Positions 42,514 through 51,143 of a DNA stretch of 58,145 nucleotides are shown here, in pieces. A model generated the notes under the pieces. That model made no database searches. It was not told the DNA's origin and worked only from the letters and a program-made list of their open reading frames with translations. A program made the translations under genes and the position numbers. The stretch's first letter is position 1. Every line of letters begins with the position of its first letter. Source of the stretch: Gemmatimonadota bacterium. Lineage in GTDB: Bacteria > Gemmatimonadota > Gemmatimonadetes > Gemmatimonadales > Gemmatimonadaceae. The stretch spans positions 1 to 58,145 of the forward strand of contig JAJTHG010000029.1 in the NCBI GenBank assembly GCA_021298835.1. The letters are read 5' to 3'.

Positions 42514-42809
42514 TGTCAACGCTCCAGAAATTGGAGTGTGAACGCCAAACGATTCCCCCGGTGGAATCGCGGACGGGACAGCACGGTGCTGGCTAGCGCC
42601 GTGCTCCGATGTGCCGCACCCGGACGGGCGCGGGTGATGTCGTGGAGGCAGGAGACTGCGGCGGCGGCGACGTCGCGGCGGGCTGCGCTCATCGCGCCAC
42701 CGCCTCGGTGCTGGTGCATCGCTCGCTCGGCTTTCGCCACACCGTATCCTGGGTTCGTGATCGTCATCCTTGTCGTGCGACGCAGGTGCCGCTCGTCAAG
42801 GTCTTGCGC

Positions 42810-42839
42810 TTGCTTCGGGCAATAATAGGACGGTATAAA
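42810..42839 (+). promoter_or_regulatory. Sigma70-like promoter in an AT-rich island upstream of the SDR/tdh/kbl cluster.
   Basis: TTGCTT (42810-42815), an 18-nt spacer, then TATAAA (42834-42839), inside ...gggcaataataggacggtataaaaatgcgcgcaatacctattcacacttttccacaaatcg..., an AT-rich patch in a ~70% GC genome, ~50 nt before ATG 42888. Confidence 0.4.
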
Positions 42840-42887
42840 AATGCGCGCAATACCTATTCACACTTTTCCACAAATCGCGAGTCGCTG

Positions 42888-43679
42888 ATGGATCTCGAAC
42901 TTCTTGGTCGCGTCGCCGTCGTCGGCGGCGCATCACGCGGGCTCGGACGCGCGATCGCGCGTGAACTCGCACGCGAAGGATGCGACGTCGCCCTCCTCGC
43001 GCGCGATCCTTTCACTCTCGCGAACACCGCCGCCGACATCTCCGCCGAGACGGGATCGCGCGCGATCGCGCTCCCGTGCGACGTGCGGGATCCCGCGCAG
43101 GTCGCGCGCGCGCTCGCCGACGTGGACGCCATGCTCGGCGCGCCGGACATCCTCGTCGCGAACAGCGGAGGACCGCCCTCGACCACGGTGGCCGACATGA
43201 CCGAGGCCCAGCTGCGCGATGCGCTCGACGGGAACCTCGTCGCCTCGGTGCGCCTGGCGCAGGCGGTCGTGCCGGCGATGCGCGCGCGGCGCTTCGGCCG
43301 CGTGGTGTTCCTGACCTCGATGGCGGCGAAGATGCCCCTGCCGGGCCTCGTGCTCTCGAACGCCGCCCGCGCGGGGTTGCTGGGGTACGCCAAGACGCTC
43401 GCGAACGAGGTGGCCGCCGACGGCGTGACCGTGAACACCGTCCTGCCGGGCCACTTCGACACCGACCGGGCGCGGGAACTCGCCGAGCAGCGCGCCCGTC
43501 GCGAGGGCGTCCCGGTGGAGGCGCTGCTGGCGCAACGGGCCGCGACGATCCCGATGCGGCGCACGGGACGGCCGGAGGAGATGGCGGCGGTGGTCGCCTT
43601 CCTCGCGTCGCCGCGGGCCAGTTTCGTCACCGGCGTCGCCCTGCAGGTGGACGGCGGACAGGTAGCGTCGCTGCTCTGA
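42888..43679 (+). CDS. Short-chain dehydrogenase/reductase (SDR family oxidoreductase).
   Basis: The NAD(P)-binding motif in VAVVGGASRGLGRAIARELAREG follows the TGxxxGxG pattern. The active-site region is ...LTSMAAKMPLPGLVLSNAARAGLLGYAKTLANE..., and the length is 263 aa. ATG at 42888. Confidence 0.85.
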   Translation: MDLELLGRVAVVGGASRGLGRAIARELAREGCDVALLARDPFTLANTAADISAETGSRAIALPCDVRDPAQVARALADVDAMLGAPDILVANSGGPPSTTVADMTEAQLRDALDGNLVASVRLAQAVVPAMRARRFGRVVFLTSMAAKMPLPGLVLSNAARAGLLGYAKTLANEVAADGVTVNTVLPGHFDTDRARELAEQRARREGVPVEALLAQRAATIPMRRTGRPEEMAAVVAFLASPRASFVTGVALQVDGGQVASLL

Positions 43680-43718
43680 ACGCGTTTCCTTTCGGCGTCC
43701 TGAAACGAGCGAACTCCA

Positions 43719-44741
43719 TTGCAGGCGTTGGTCAAGGCATCCACTTCCGAAGGTTTCGAGCTCCGCGACGTCCCCGTTCCCGCCATCCGCGACGACGAGG
43801 TGCTCATCCGCGTCCGGCGCGCCGGGGTCTGCGGGACCGACGTCCACATCCACGACTGGGACGCCTGGGCGCAGTCCCGCTGCAAGCCCCCGTTCGTCGT
43901 CGGCCACGAGTTCTCCGGCGACGTCGTGCAGGTCGGGGCCTTCGTCGAGTCGGTGAAGGTCGGCGACCGGGTCACCGCCGAGGGCCACATCGTCGATCCC
44001 CTCTCGTTCTGGAGCCGCACCGGCGACGCGCACGCCGACCCGGCGACGAGGATCATCGGGGTGGACCGCGACGGTTGCTTCGCCGAGTACATCGCGATGC
44101 CGGCCTCGAACGTCTGGCACCTCGACCCGGCGATCTCCTACGAGATCGGCGGGATCATGGACCCGATGGGCAACGCCTTCCACACCGCCCTCACCGCGCC
44201 GATGGCCGGCAGCGTGGTGCTCGTGACCGGCTGCGGCCCGATCGGCTGCTTCGCGGTGGGCATCGCGAAGCAGGCCGGTGCGGCGGCGGTGATCGCGACC
44301 GATGTCAACGAGACGCGGCTGGCCCTCGCCCGGCGCATGGGTGCCACCGCCGCGGTGCGCCCCGACGAGGCCGAGCGGGCGGTCCGCGAGGCGTCGAACG
44401 GACTCGGTGCCGACGTCGTGCTCGAAATGTCGGGAGTGCCGTCGGCGATCCATCAGGCGTTCGCGCTCGTGCGCTACTCGGGACGGGTGCAGATGCTGGG
44501 GATCCCCTCGCGGAAGATCGAGGTGGACCTCGCCTCCGAGGTCATCTTCAAGGGGATCACCGTCTATGGAGTGATCGGGCGCCGCATGTACGACACGTGG
44601 CACCTGATGACCCGGTTCCTGCGCAGCGGTTTCGACCCGACCCCGGTGATCACGCACCGGTTCCCGATGGCCGCGTGGCGGGAGGCGATCGGGGCGATCA
44701 AGTCGGGGGAGGCGGGGAAGGTCGTCTTCGAGATCGGCTGA
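43719..44741 (+). CDS. tdh: L-threonine 3-dehydrogenase.
   Basis: MQALVKASTSEGFELRDVPVP...GVCGTDVHIHDWDAWAQSR...GHEFSG... (zinc-ADH), VLVTGCGPIGCFAVGIAK Rossmann motif, C-terminal ...HRFPMAAWREAIGAIKSGEAGKVVFEI. This is the classic Tdh pattern and sits next to kbl. Confidence 0.9.
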   Translation: MQALVKASTSEGFELRDVPVPAIRDDEVLIRVRRAGVCGTDVHIHDWDAWAQSRCKPPFVVGHEFSGDVVQVGAFVESVKVGDRVTAEGHIVDPLSFWSRTGDAHADPATRIIGVDRDGCFAEYIAMPASNVWHLDPAISYEIGGIMDPMGNAFHTALTAPMAGSVVLVTGCGPIGCFAVGIAKQAGAAAVIATDVNETRLALARRMGATAAVRPDEAERAVREASNGLGADVVLEMSGVPSAIHQAFALVRYSGRVQMLGIPSRKIEVDLASEVIFKGITVYGVIGRRMYDTWHLMTRFLRSGFDPTPVITHRFPMAAWREAIGAIKSGEAGKVVFEIG

Positions 44742-44747
44742 TCCGCC

Positions 44748-45713
44748 ATGCGACCGCCGACGTTCGACGACATCCTCGCCGCCCGCGCTCGCCTCGCCGG
44801 CGTGGCGCATCGCACCCCCGTCCTGACCTCGCGCCAGCTCGACGCGCGCGTCGGGGCCCGGGTGTTCCTCAAGGCCGAGCACCTGCAGCGAATCGGGGCG
44901 TTCAAGTTCCGCGGGGGCTACAACGCGCTGGCGGCGATGGCGCCCGAGGACCGCGCGAGGGGCGTGGTCGCCTTCTCCAGCGGGAACCACGCGCAGGCGG
45001 TGGCGCTCGCGGCCCGGCTCTTCGGGGTGCCCGCGACGATCGTGATGCCGCACAACGCCCCGGCGTCGAAGCTCGCGGCGACCGAGGGCTACGGCGCGAG
45101 GGTCGTGCGATACGACCCCAGCGAGGCGTCCCGCGAGGTGCTCGCGCGCCAGCTCGTCGCGGAGACCGGGGCGACGCTCGTCCCGCCCTTCGACCATCCC
45201 GACGTGATCGCCGGCCAGGGCACGGCGGCGGCGGAGCTGTTCGAGGACGTCGGGCCGCTCGACGTCGTCGTGGCGTGCGTCGGCGGCGGCGGCCTGCTCT
45301 CCGGCACCGCGCTCGCCGCGGCCGGCATGGCCCCGGCGTGTCGCGTCTGGGGGGTGGAGCCGGCGCTCGGCGACGACGTCACGCGGTCGTTCGACACCGG
45401 GACGCTGGTGGCGCTGCCCGGCGTGCCGGCGACGATCGCGGACGGGGCGCGGACGATCTCGGCGAGCGAGCTCACGCTGGCCCTGATCCTCCGGCACGTG
45501 CACGGGATGGCGACGGTGCCCGACGAGGCGCTGCTCGAGGCGATGCGCTTCGTGATGCTGCGCATGAAGCAGGTCGTCGAGCCGAGCGGTGTGCTTGCGC
45601 TCGCCGGCGTGCTCACCGGCGTGGTCCCGGTCCCGCCGGGCGGGCGCGTCGGGGTGATCGTCTCCGGCGGCAACGTGGACGCGGAGATGCTGGTACGGGC
45701 CCTGTCGGGGTGA
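44748..45713 (+). CDS. PLP-dependent threonine/serine dehydratase (fold-type II, IlvA/TdcB-like catabolic type; no ACT domain).
   Basis: ...FLKAEHLQRIGAFKFRGGYNAL... has the PLP lysine in the S-x-K-x-R-G-like context. ...AFSSGNHAQAVALAA... Gly-rich GGGGLLSG loop. It is 321 aa and has no regulatory C-domain. Confidence 0.8.
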   Translation: MRPPTFDDILAARARLAGVAHRTPVLTSRQLDARVGARVFLKAEHLQRIGAFKFRGGYNALAAMAPEDRARGVVAFSSGNHAQAVALAARLFGVPATIVMPHNAPASKLAATEGYGARVVRYDPSEASREVLARQLVAETGATLVPPFDHPDVIAGQGTAAAELFEDVGPLDVVVACVGGGGLLSGTALAAAGMAPACRVWGVEPALGDDVTRSFDTGTLVALPGVPATIADGARTISASELTLALILRHVHGMATVPDEALLEAMRFVMLRMKQVVEPSGVLALAGVLTGVVPVPPGGRVGVIVSGGNVDAEMLVRALSG

Positions 45714-45757
45714 GCGGGGCCGGCCGTCGCGTCCGCGCCGGCGGCTAGATTCCGGCC

Positions 45758-46966
45758 ATGCCGACCAACGCCGCGTTCACCGCCGAACTCCAGGCCGAGC
45801 TCGACCAGCTCAAGGCCGACCGCGTCTATAAGACCTTCAACCATCTGGACTCCCCCCAAGGCCCCTGGGTCGAGATGGAGGGACGCGGGAAGGTCCTGGT
45901 GCTGTCATCCAACAACTACCTCGGGCTCTCGGCACAGCACGAGGTCGTGATGGCGGGGATCCGGGGGCTGCGGCGGTTCGGGGCGGGGACCGGGTCGGTG
46001 CGGTTCATCTGCGGGACCTTCACGGTGCACCGCGAGCTGGAGGCGGCGCTGGCCCGCTTCGTCGGCACCGAGGCGGCGCTGTCCTACGTGAGCGCGTGGA
46101 ACGCCAACGAGGCGCTCACCGCCACGGTCATGCGCGAGGGCGACTTCGTCGTCTCGGACGCGCTCAACCACGCGAGCATCATCGACTCGATCCGCCTCGC
46201 GAAGGCAATCACGAAGTGCACGACGGCGGTCTATCGCCACGCCGACCTCGACGACCTGCGCGAGAAGCTCGCGGCGAACGCGGGGGCGAAGCGCAAGCTC
46301 ATCTGGACGGACGGCGTCTTCTCGATGGAGGGGGCGATCGCGAAGCTCCCGGACATCCTGCAGATCGCGCGCGAGCACGGGGCGATCGTGGTCATGGACG
46401 ACTCGCACGCGACCGGCGTGCTCGGCCGGACCGGCCGCGGCACGGCGGAGCACTTCGGCGTGCTGGGCGAGGTGGACATCATCACCTCCACGCTCGGCAA
46501 GGCGCTCGGCGGGGCGGCCGGCGGGTTCGTCGCCGGCTCGGCGGCGCTCTGCGACTACCTCAACCAGCGCTCGCGTCCCCAGCTGTTCAGCAACGCCCTG
46601 CCGCCCACCGTGGCGGCGAGCGCCCTCAAGTCGGTGGAGTACATCGAGGCGAACCCGCAGCGGGTGGAGACGCTCCGCGAGAACACGGCGTACTTCCGCG
46701 CCGCGATCACCGAGGCGGGGTTCCGGCCGCTGCCGGGCGACACGCCGATCGTGCCGATCATCCTCGGGGAGACGCGCGATGCGATCGCGATGTCGAACGC
46801 GCTGCTCGACGAGGGGGTGTTCGTGACGGGCTTCGGCTTCCCCGTGGTCCCGCACGGGCAGGCCCGGGTGCGCTGCCAGCTCTCGGCGGCGCACACGCGC
46901 GCCGATCTCGACCTCGCGGTGGCGGCCTTCCGCACGGCGGGACGCCGGCTCGGCCTGCTGCGATAG
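45758..46966 (+). CDS. kbl: Glycine C-acetyltransferase (2-amino-3-ketobutyrate CoA ligase).
   Basis: ...VLVLSSNNYLGLSAQHEVV..., ...GDFVVSDALNHASIIDSIRLAKA..., ...DDSHATGVLGRTGRGTAEHFGV..., ITSTLGKALGG (PLP lysine). This is the alpha-oxoamine synthase family. It pairs with tdh. Confidence 0.9.
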   Translation: MPTNAAFTAELQAELDQLKADRVYKTFNHLDSPQGPWVEMEGRGKVLVLSSNNYLGLSAQHEVVMAGIRGLRRFGAGTGSVRFICGTFTVHRELEAALARFVGTEAALSYVSAWNANEALTATVMREGDFVVSDALNHASIIDSIRLAKAITKCTTAVYRHADLDDLREKLAANAGAKRKLIWTDGVFSMEGAIAKLPDILQIAREHGAIVVMDDSHATGVLGRTGRGTAEHFGVLGEVDIITSTLGKALGGAAGGFVAGSAALCDYLNQRSRPQLFSNALPPTVAASALKSVEYIEANPQRVETLRENTAYFRAAITEAGFRPLPGDTPIVPIILGETRDAIAMSNALLDEGVFVTGFGFPVVPHGQARVRCQLSAAHTRADLDLAVAAFRTAGRRLGLLR

Positions 46967-47030
46967 GCGAGCGGACGGCTGGCGTCGCCGAGCTCCCGGC
47001 TCCCGTCCGTTCACGCCTCCACGCGCCCCG

Positions 47031-48230
47031 ATGCTGTCGTCGCCGTTCCCGACACCGCGCGCTGCCCGCCAGACGGCCATCGGGGCCGCCCTGCTGCTGG
47101 CGATCTTCGAGCTCGCGAGCGTCTGGTTCGTGATGCCGCTGCCGGGTTCGCAGCGGATCCGGAGTCTGGAGCTCGCCTACGCCCTGCACGCCTCCCGATG
47201 GGTCGTCCGCGCCGTGCTGGCCGCCGCGTGGGGCGCGGGCATCGTGCGTGGGGTCGCGGGCGCCGGGCGCTGGGGCTGGGGCATCGCCGGCGCGACCGCC
47301 GTGGCCGCCGCAGTCGCGGGCATGGTGCACACGCAGATGGCGGCCGATCGGATCTTCCTCCCGCCGACGGTCGTGCACATGGCGACCCTCGCGGAGAATG
47401 CGATCGCGGATGACCGGCTGGTGGTGGGGGTGGCGCAGGGCGACGAGGCGCGCGCGTATCCGTTGCAGGCGATCGGGTACCACCACCAGGTGCGTGACTC
47501 GTTGGCCGGCCAGCCGATCCTCGTGACCTACTGCACCGTCTGCCGCACCGGCCGCGTCTTCGTCCCGGTGGTGGACGGGGCACTCGAGACGTTCAGGCTG
47601 GTGGGGATGGATCGCTTCAACGCGATGCTCGAGGACTCGCGCACGGGGAGTTGGTGGCGGCAGGCCAACGGCGAGGCCGTGGCGGGTCCGAAGCGCGGGA
47701 CGCTGCTCGAGGAGATCCCCAGCCGCCAGATGACGCTCCGGCAGTGGCGCCTGCTGCACCCCGGGACGCGCGTCATGCAGCTCGACCCGGCCTTTGCCGA
47801 CCGCTACGATCGCTCGTACGCCTACGAACGCGGGACGAGCCGGACGCGGCTGACGGGGACGGACCCGCGGCCGTGGCAGGAGAAGTCGTGGGTCGTCGGC
47901 GTGGCGGTGCGGGGCGCGGCCCGGGCGTACGACTGGGGGATGCTCGTCCGCGAGCGGGTGATCCATGACACGCTGGGGGGCCGCCCGATCGTGATCGCGG
48001 TCGCCGCCGACTCGGCGAGCTTCGCGGCCTTCGTGCGGCCGGACACGGCGTGGCGCGCGGCGATGGTGGGCGACTCGCTCGTGGCCGGCGGTGGTCGGTG
48101 GGCCCTGAGCGGCCGCGGCATCGGGGCGCCGCTCGAGGCGCTCGCGGCGAGCCAGGAGTACTGGCACAGCTGGCGGACCTTCCAGCCGACGACGACCCGA
48201 TTTCGCGCCGCCGGGGAGCCTGCCCCGTAG
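47031..48230 (+). CDS. Membrane-anchored hypothetical protein (DUF3179-like).
   Basis: The N-terminal ~100 aa form 3 TM-like helices (AIGAALLLAIFELASVWFVMPLP...). The soluble domain has ...ARAYPLQAIGYHHQVRDSLAGQPILVTYCTVCRTG... and WxY/W-rich segments. Family assignment is from memory of DUF3179 architecture, not verified. Confidence 0.55.
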   Translation: MLSSPFPTPRAARQTAIGAALLLAIFELASVWFVMPLPGSQRIRSLELAYALHASRWVVRAVLAAAWGAGIVRGVAGAGRWGWGIAGATAVAAAVAGMVHTQMAADRIFLPPTVVHMATLAENAIADDRLVVGVAQGDEARAYPLQAIGYHHQVRDSLAGQPILVTYCTVCRTGRVFVPVVDGALETFRLVGMDRFNAMLEDSRTGSWWRQANGEAVAGPKRGTLLEEIPSRQMTLRQWRLLHPGTRVMQLDPAFADRYDRSYAYERGTSRTRLTGTDPRPWQEKSWVVGVAVRGAARAYDWGMLVRERVIHDTLGGRPIVIAVAADSASFAAFVRPDTAWRAAMVGDSLVAGGGRWALSGRGIGAPLEALAASQEYWHSWRTFQPTTTRFRAAGEPAP

Positions 48231-48321
48231 CGAAACGCCGTCCCGCTCGCCACGATACGGTCACGACGGGACCCGGCGGGCGACGATGTCCGGCGCGGCC
48301 GGGGCCCCATACGATCCACGC

Positions 48322-49803
48322 ATGCGCTTCCGCCGCGCCGCCGGCCTGCTGTTGCATCCTACGTCGCTGCCCGGGCCGAACGGCATCGGCGAGCTCGGTC
48401 CCGAGGCCCTGAAGTTCGTGGACGTCCTCGCCGCGGCGGGGATGCGCATCTGGCAGGTGCTGCCACTGGGCCCCACGGGATACGGCGACTCGCCCTACCA
48501 GTGCTTCTCGGCCTTCGCGGGCAACCCGCTGCTGGTGCACGTGGGGGACGTCGGCCCCGTCGGATCGCCGACGCGGGTGGACTTCGGGGAGGTGATCCCG
48601 CGCAAGCTCGAGGCGTTGCGCGCAGCGACGACCGCCTTCGTGCCGGACGCCGCATACCACGCGTGGTGCGCGCAGGCGGCGTGGTGGCTCGACGACTTCG
48701 CCCTGTTCATGGCGGCCAAGGCGGCCCACGACGGTCGGGCATGGCACACGTGGGACGGGCCGCTGGCGCGACGCGAGGCGGGCGCCCTTGCCAGCTGGCG
48801 CGAGCGGCTCTCGGACGACATCGAGCACCACAAGCGGGTGCAGTACCTCTTCTTCTCGCAGTTCGCCGCCCTGCGCGACGCATGTACGGCGAAGGGCATC
48901 CAGCTGATGGGGGACGTGCCGATCTACGTCGCCCACGATTCGGCGGACGTCTGGGCGAATCCGACCCTGTTCAAGCTCGACGCGCTGGGGAAGCCCGTGG
49001 TCCAGGCCGGGGTTCCCCCGGACTATTTCAGCGCCACCGGGCAGTTGTGGGGCAACCCCATCTACGCGTGGGACCGCATGCACGCGAACGGCTACGGGTG
49101 GTGGACGCAACGGATGCGGGCGGCGCTCGAGATGTTCGACCTCGTGCGGCTCGACCACTTCCGCGGCTTCGCGGCCTACTGGGAGGTGCCCGGCAGCGAC
49201 ACCACCGCGATCCACGGCCGGTGGGTGCCCGGTCCCGGGGCGGCGCTGTTCGATGCGATGACGCGGACGCTGGGCCCCCTGCCGATCGTCGCCGAGAACC
49301 TGGGGGTGATCACCCCCGAGGTCGAGGCGCTGCGCGAACGCTTCGGCTATCCCGGCATGGCGATCCTGCAGTTCGCCTTCGGCGCCGACGGGCAGGCGAA
49401 CGACTTCCAGCCCCACAATTACCCGCGCGACGTGGTCGTGTACACGGGCACCCACGACAACGACACGACCGCGGGGTGGTGGGCATCGACCGGGGCCGGC
49501 GACTCGACCCGCGACCCGACGATGGTGGCGAAGGAGAAGGCGTTCGCGCTCGAGTACCTGGGCGCCGACGGGACGGACATGCCGTGGACCCTGATCCGCA
49601 CGGTGCTGGCGTCGGTCGCCGACACGGTGCTGATCCCCCTGCAGGACGTGCTGGGGCTCGGCAGCGAGGCCCGGATGAACCTGCCCGGCCGCGAGTCGGG
49701 CAACTGGGGGTTCCGTTTCGCGTGGGAGCAGCTGACGCCGGACCACCTCGCCCGCCTCAAGCGGATGGCGAGCCTCTATGAGCGCACGACAGGAGCCACA
49801 TGA
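48322..49803 (+). CDS. malQ: 4-alpha-glucanotransferase (amylomaltase, GH77).
   Basis: MRFRRAAGLLLHPTSLPGPNGIGELGPEA...WQVLPLGPTGYGDSPYQCFSAFAGNPLL... nearly matches the Thermus amylomaltase N-terminus. ...LVRLDHFRGF..., GDVPIYVAHDSADVW. The real start is ATG 48322, 12 codons into the track ORF. Confidence 0.9.
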   Translation: MRFRRAAGLLLHPTSLPGPNGIGELGPEALKFVDVLAAAGMRIWQVLPLGPTGYGDSPYQCFSAFAGNPLLVHVGDVGPVGSPTRVDFGEVIPRKLEALRAATTAFVPDAAYHAWCAQAAWWLDDFALFMAAKAAHDGRAWHTWDGPLARREAGALASWRERLSDDIEHHKRVQYLFFSQFAALRDACTAKGIQLMGDVPIYVAHDSADVWANPTLFKLDALGKPVVQAGVPPDYFSATGQLWGNPIYAWDRMHANGYGWWTQRMRAALEMFDLVRLDHFRGFAAYWEVPGSDTTAIHGRWVPGPGAALFDAMTRTLGPLPIVAENLGVITPEVEALRERFGYPGMAILQFAFGADGQANDFQPHNYPRDVVVYTGTHDNDTTAGWWASTGAGDSTRDPTMVAKEKAFALEYLGADGTDMPWTLIRTVLASVADTVLIPLQDVLGLGSEARMNLPGRESGNWGFRFAWEQLTPDHLARLKRMASLYERTTGAT

Positions 49804-51143
49804 CGACGCGCGCGGTGAAGTTCTCGACCATCTGGAACATGTGCTTCGGCTTCCTGGGCATCCAGTTCGGCTGGGGGCTGCAGATGGCCAACATGAGCGC
49901 CATCTACGAGTACCTCGGGGCGAAGCCGGACGAGATCCCGATGCTGTGGCTCGCGGCGCCGCTCACCGGGCTGATCGTGCAGCCGATCATCGGGTCGCTG
50001 TCGGACCGCACGTGGTCCCCGCGATTCGGCCGTCGGCGCCCGTTCATCCTCGTCGGGGCGGTGATGAGCTCGCTCGCGCTCATCGCGATGCCCAACTCGA
50101 GCGCGCTGTGGATGGCGGCGGGGCTCCTGTGGATCCTCGACGCGTCGATCAACGTCTCGATGGAGCCGTTCCGCGCGCTCGTCGCCGACGTGCTGCCGCC
50201 CTCGGAGCAGACCCGCGGCTACGCGCTGCAGAGCTTCTTCATCGGGCTCGGCGCGGTGATCGCCTCGGCGATGCCATGGATGCTCAGCAACTGGTTCGGC
50301 GTGGCGGCGAGCGCCCCCGGGACGATCCCGACCACGGTGCGGCTCTCGTTCTTCGTGGGGTCGGCGGCCTTCTTCGGCTCGGTGCTCTACACGTCGCTCA
50401 CCACGAAGGAGAAGCCCCCCAAGGACCTCGAGGCGTTCCGGCGCGAGCAGGCGGCGCGCACGGGGATCGGCGCGACGATCGACGAGATCGTGACGGCGAT
50501 CCGCGAGATGCCGCCGACGATGCGGCAGCTGGCGTGGGTGCAGATCGCGACGTGGCTCGGGCTGTTCTGCATGTGGCTCTACTTCCCGGTCGCGGTGGCG
50601 ACCAACGTCTTCGGGGCGCCGGACCCGTCGTCGCCGCTGTACCAGAAGGGGATCGAGTGGGCCGGGGTGTGCTTCGGCGCGTACTCGGCGGTGTGCTTCG
50701 GCTTCGCGTTCTTCCTGCCGCCGCTGGCCAAGCGCAACGGCCGCAAGTGGACGCACGCGGCCTGCCTGCTCGCGGGGGCGGCCGGGCTCCTGAGCGTCGG
50801 CGTGATCCAGAACCCGACGCTGCTGCTCCTCTCGATGATCGGCGTGGGCATCGCGTGGGCGAGCACGCTCTCGATGCCGTACTCGATCCTCGCCAGCTCG
50901 ATCCCCCCGGGCAAGACGGGGATCTACATGGGAATCTTCAACTTCTTCATCGTGATCCCCGAGATCGTCGCGGCGCTCGGCTTCGGCTGGGTGATGCAGC
51001 ACGTGCTCGACAACAACCGCCTCGGGGCCGTCCTCGCCGGCGGGGTGTGCATGGTGATCGCGGCGTTGCTGGTCACGCGGGTGCGCGAGCAGGCCGACGC
51101 CACGCCGGCGGACGCGGGCGACTCCCCTCAGCAGCGCGGGTAG
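49800..51143 (+). CDS. MFS transporter (GPH/sugar:cation symporter-like).
   Basis: 12 predicted TM helices. ...[22 protein letters not shown]... is the GPH-family motif. There is a central cytoplasmic loop. The start overlaps the malQ stop (ATGA) with AGGAG 6 nt upstream. Confidence 0.85.
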   Translation: MTTRAVKFSTIWNMCFGFLGIQFGWGLQMANMSAIYEYLGAKPDEIPMLWLAAPLTGLIVQPIIGSLSDRTWSPRFGRRRPFILVGAVMSSLALIAMPNSSALWMAAGLLWILDASINVSMEPFRALVADVLPPSEQTRGYALQSFFIGLGAVIASAMPWMLSNWFGVAASAPGTIPTTVRLSFFVGSAAFFGSVLYTSLTTKEKPPKDLEAFRREQAARTGIGATIDEIVTAIREMPPTMRQLAWVQIATWLGLFCMWLYFPVAVATNVFGAPDPSSPLYQKGIEWAGVCFGAYSAVCFGFAFFLPPLAKRNGRKWTHAACLLAGAAGLLSVGVIQNPTLLLLSMIGVGIAWASTLSMPYSILASSIPPGKTGIYMGIFNFFIVIPEIVAALGFGWVMQHVLDNNRLGAVLAGGVCMVIAALLVTRVREQADATPADAGDSPQQRG

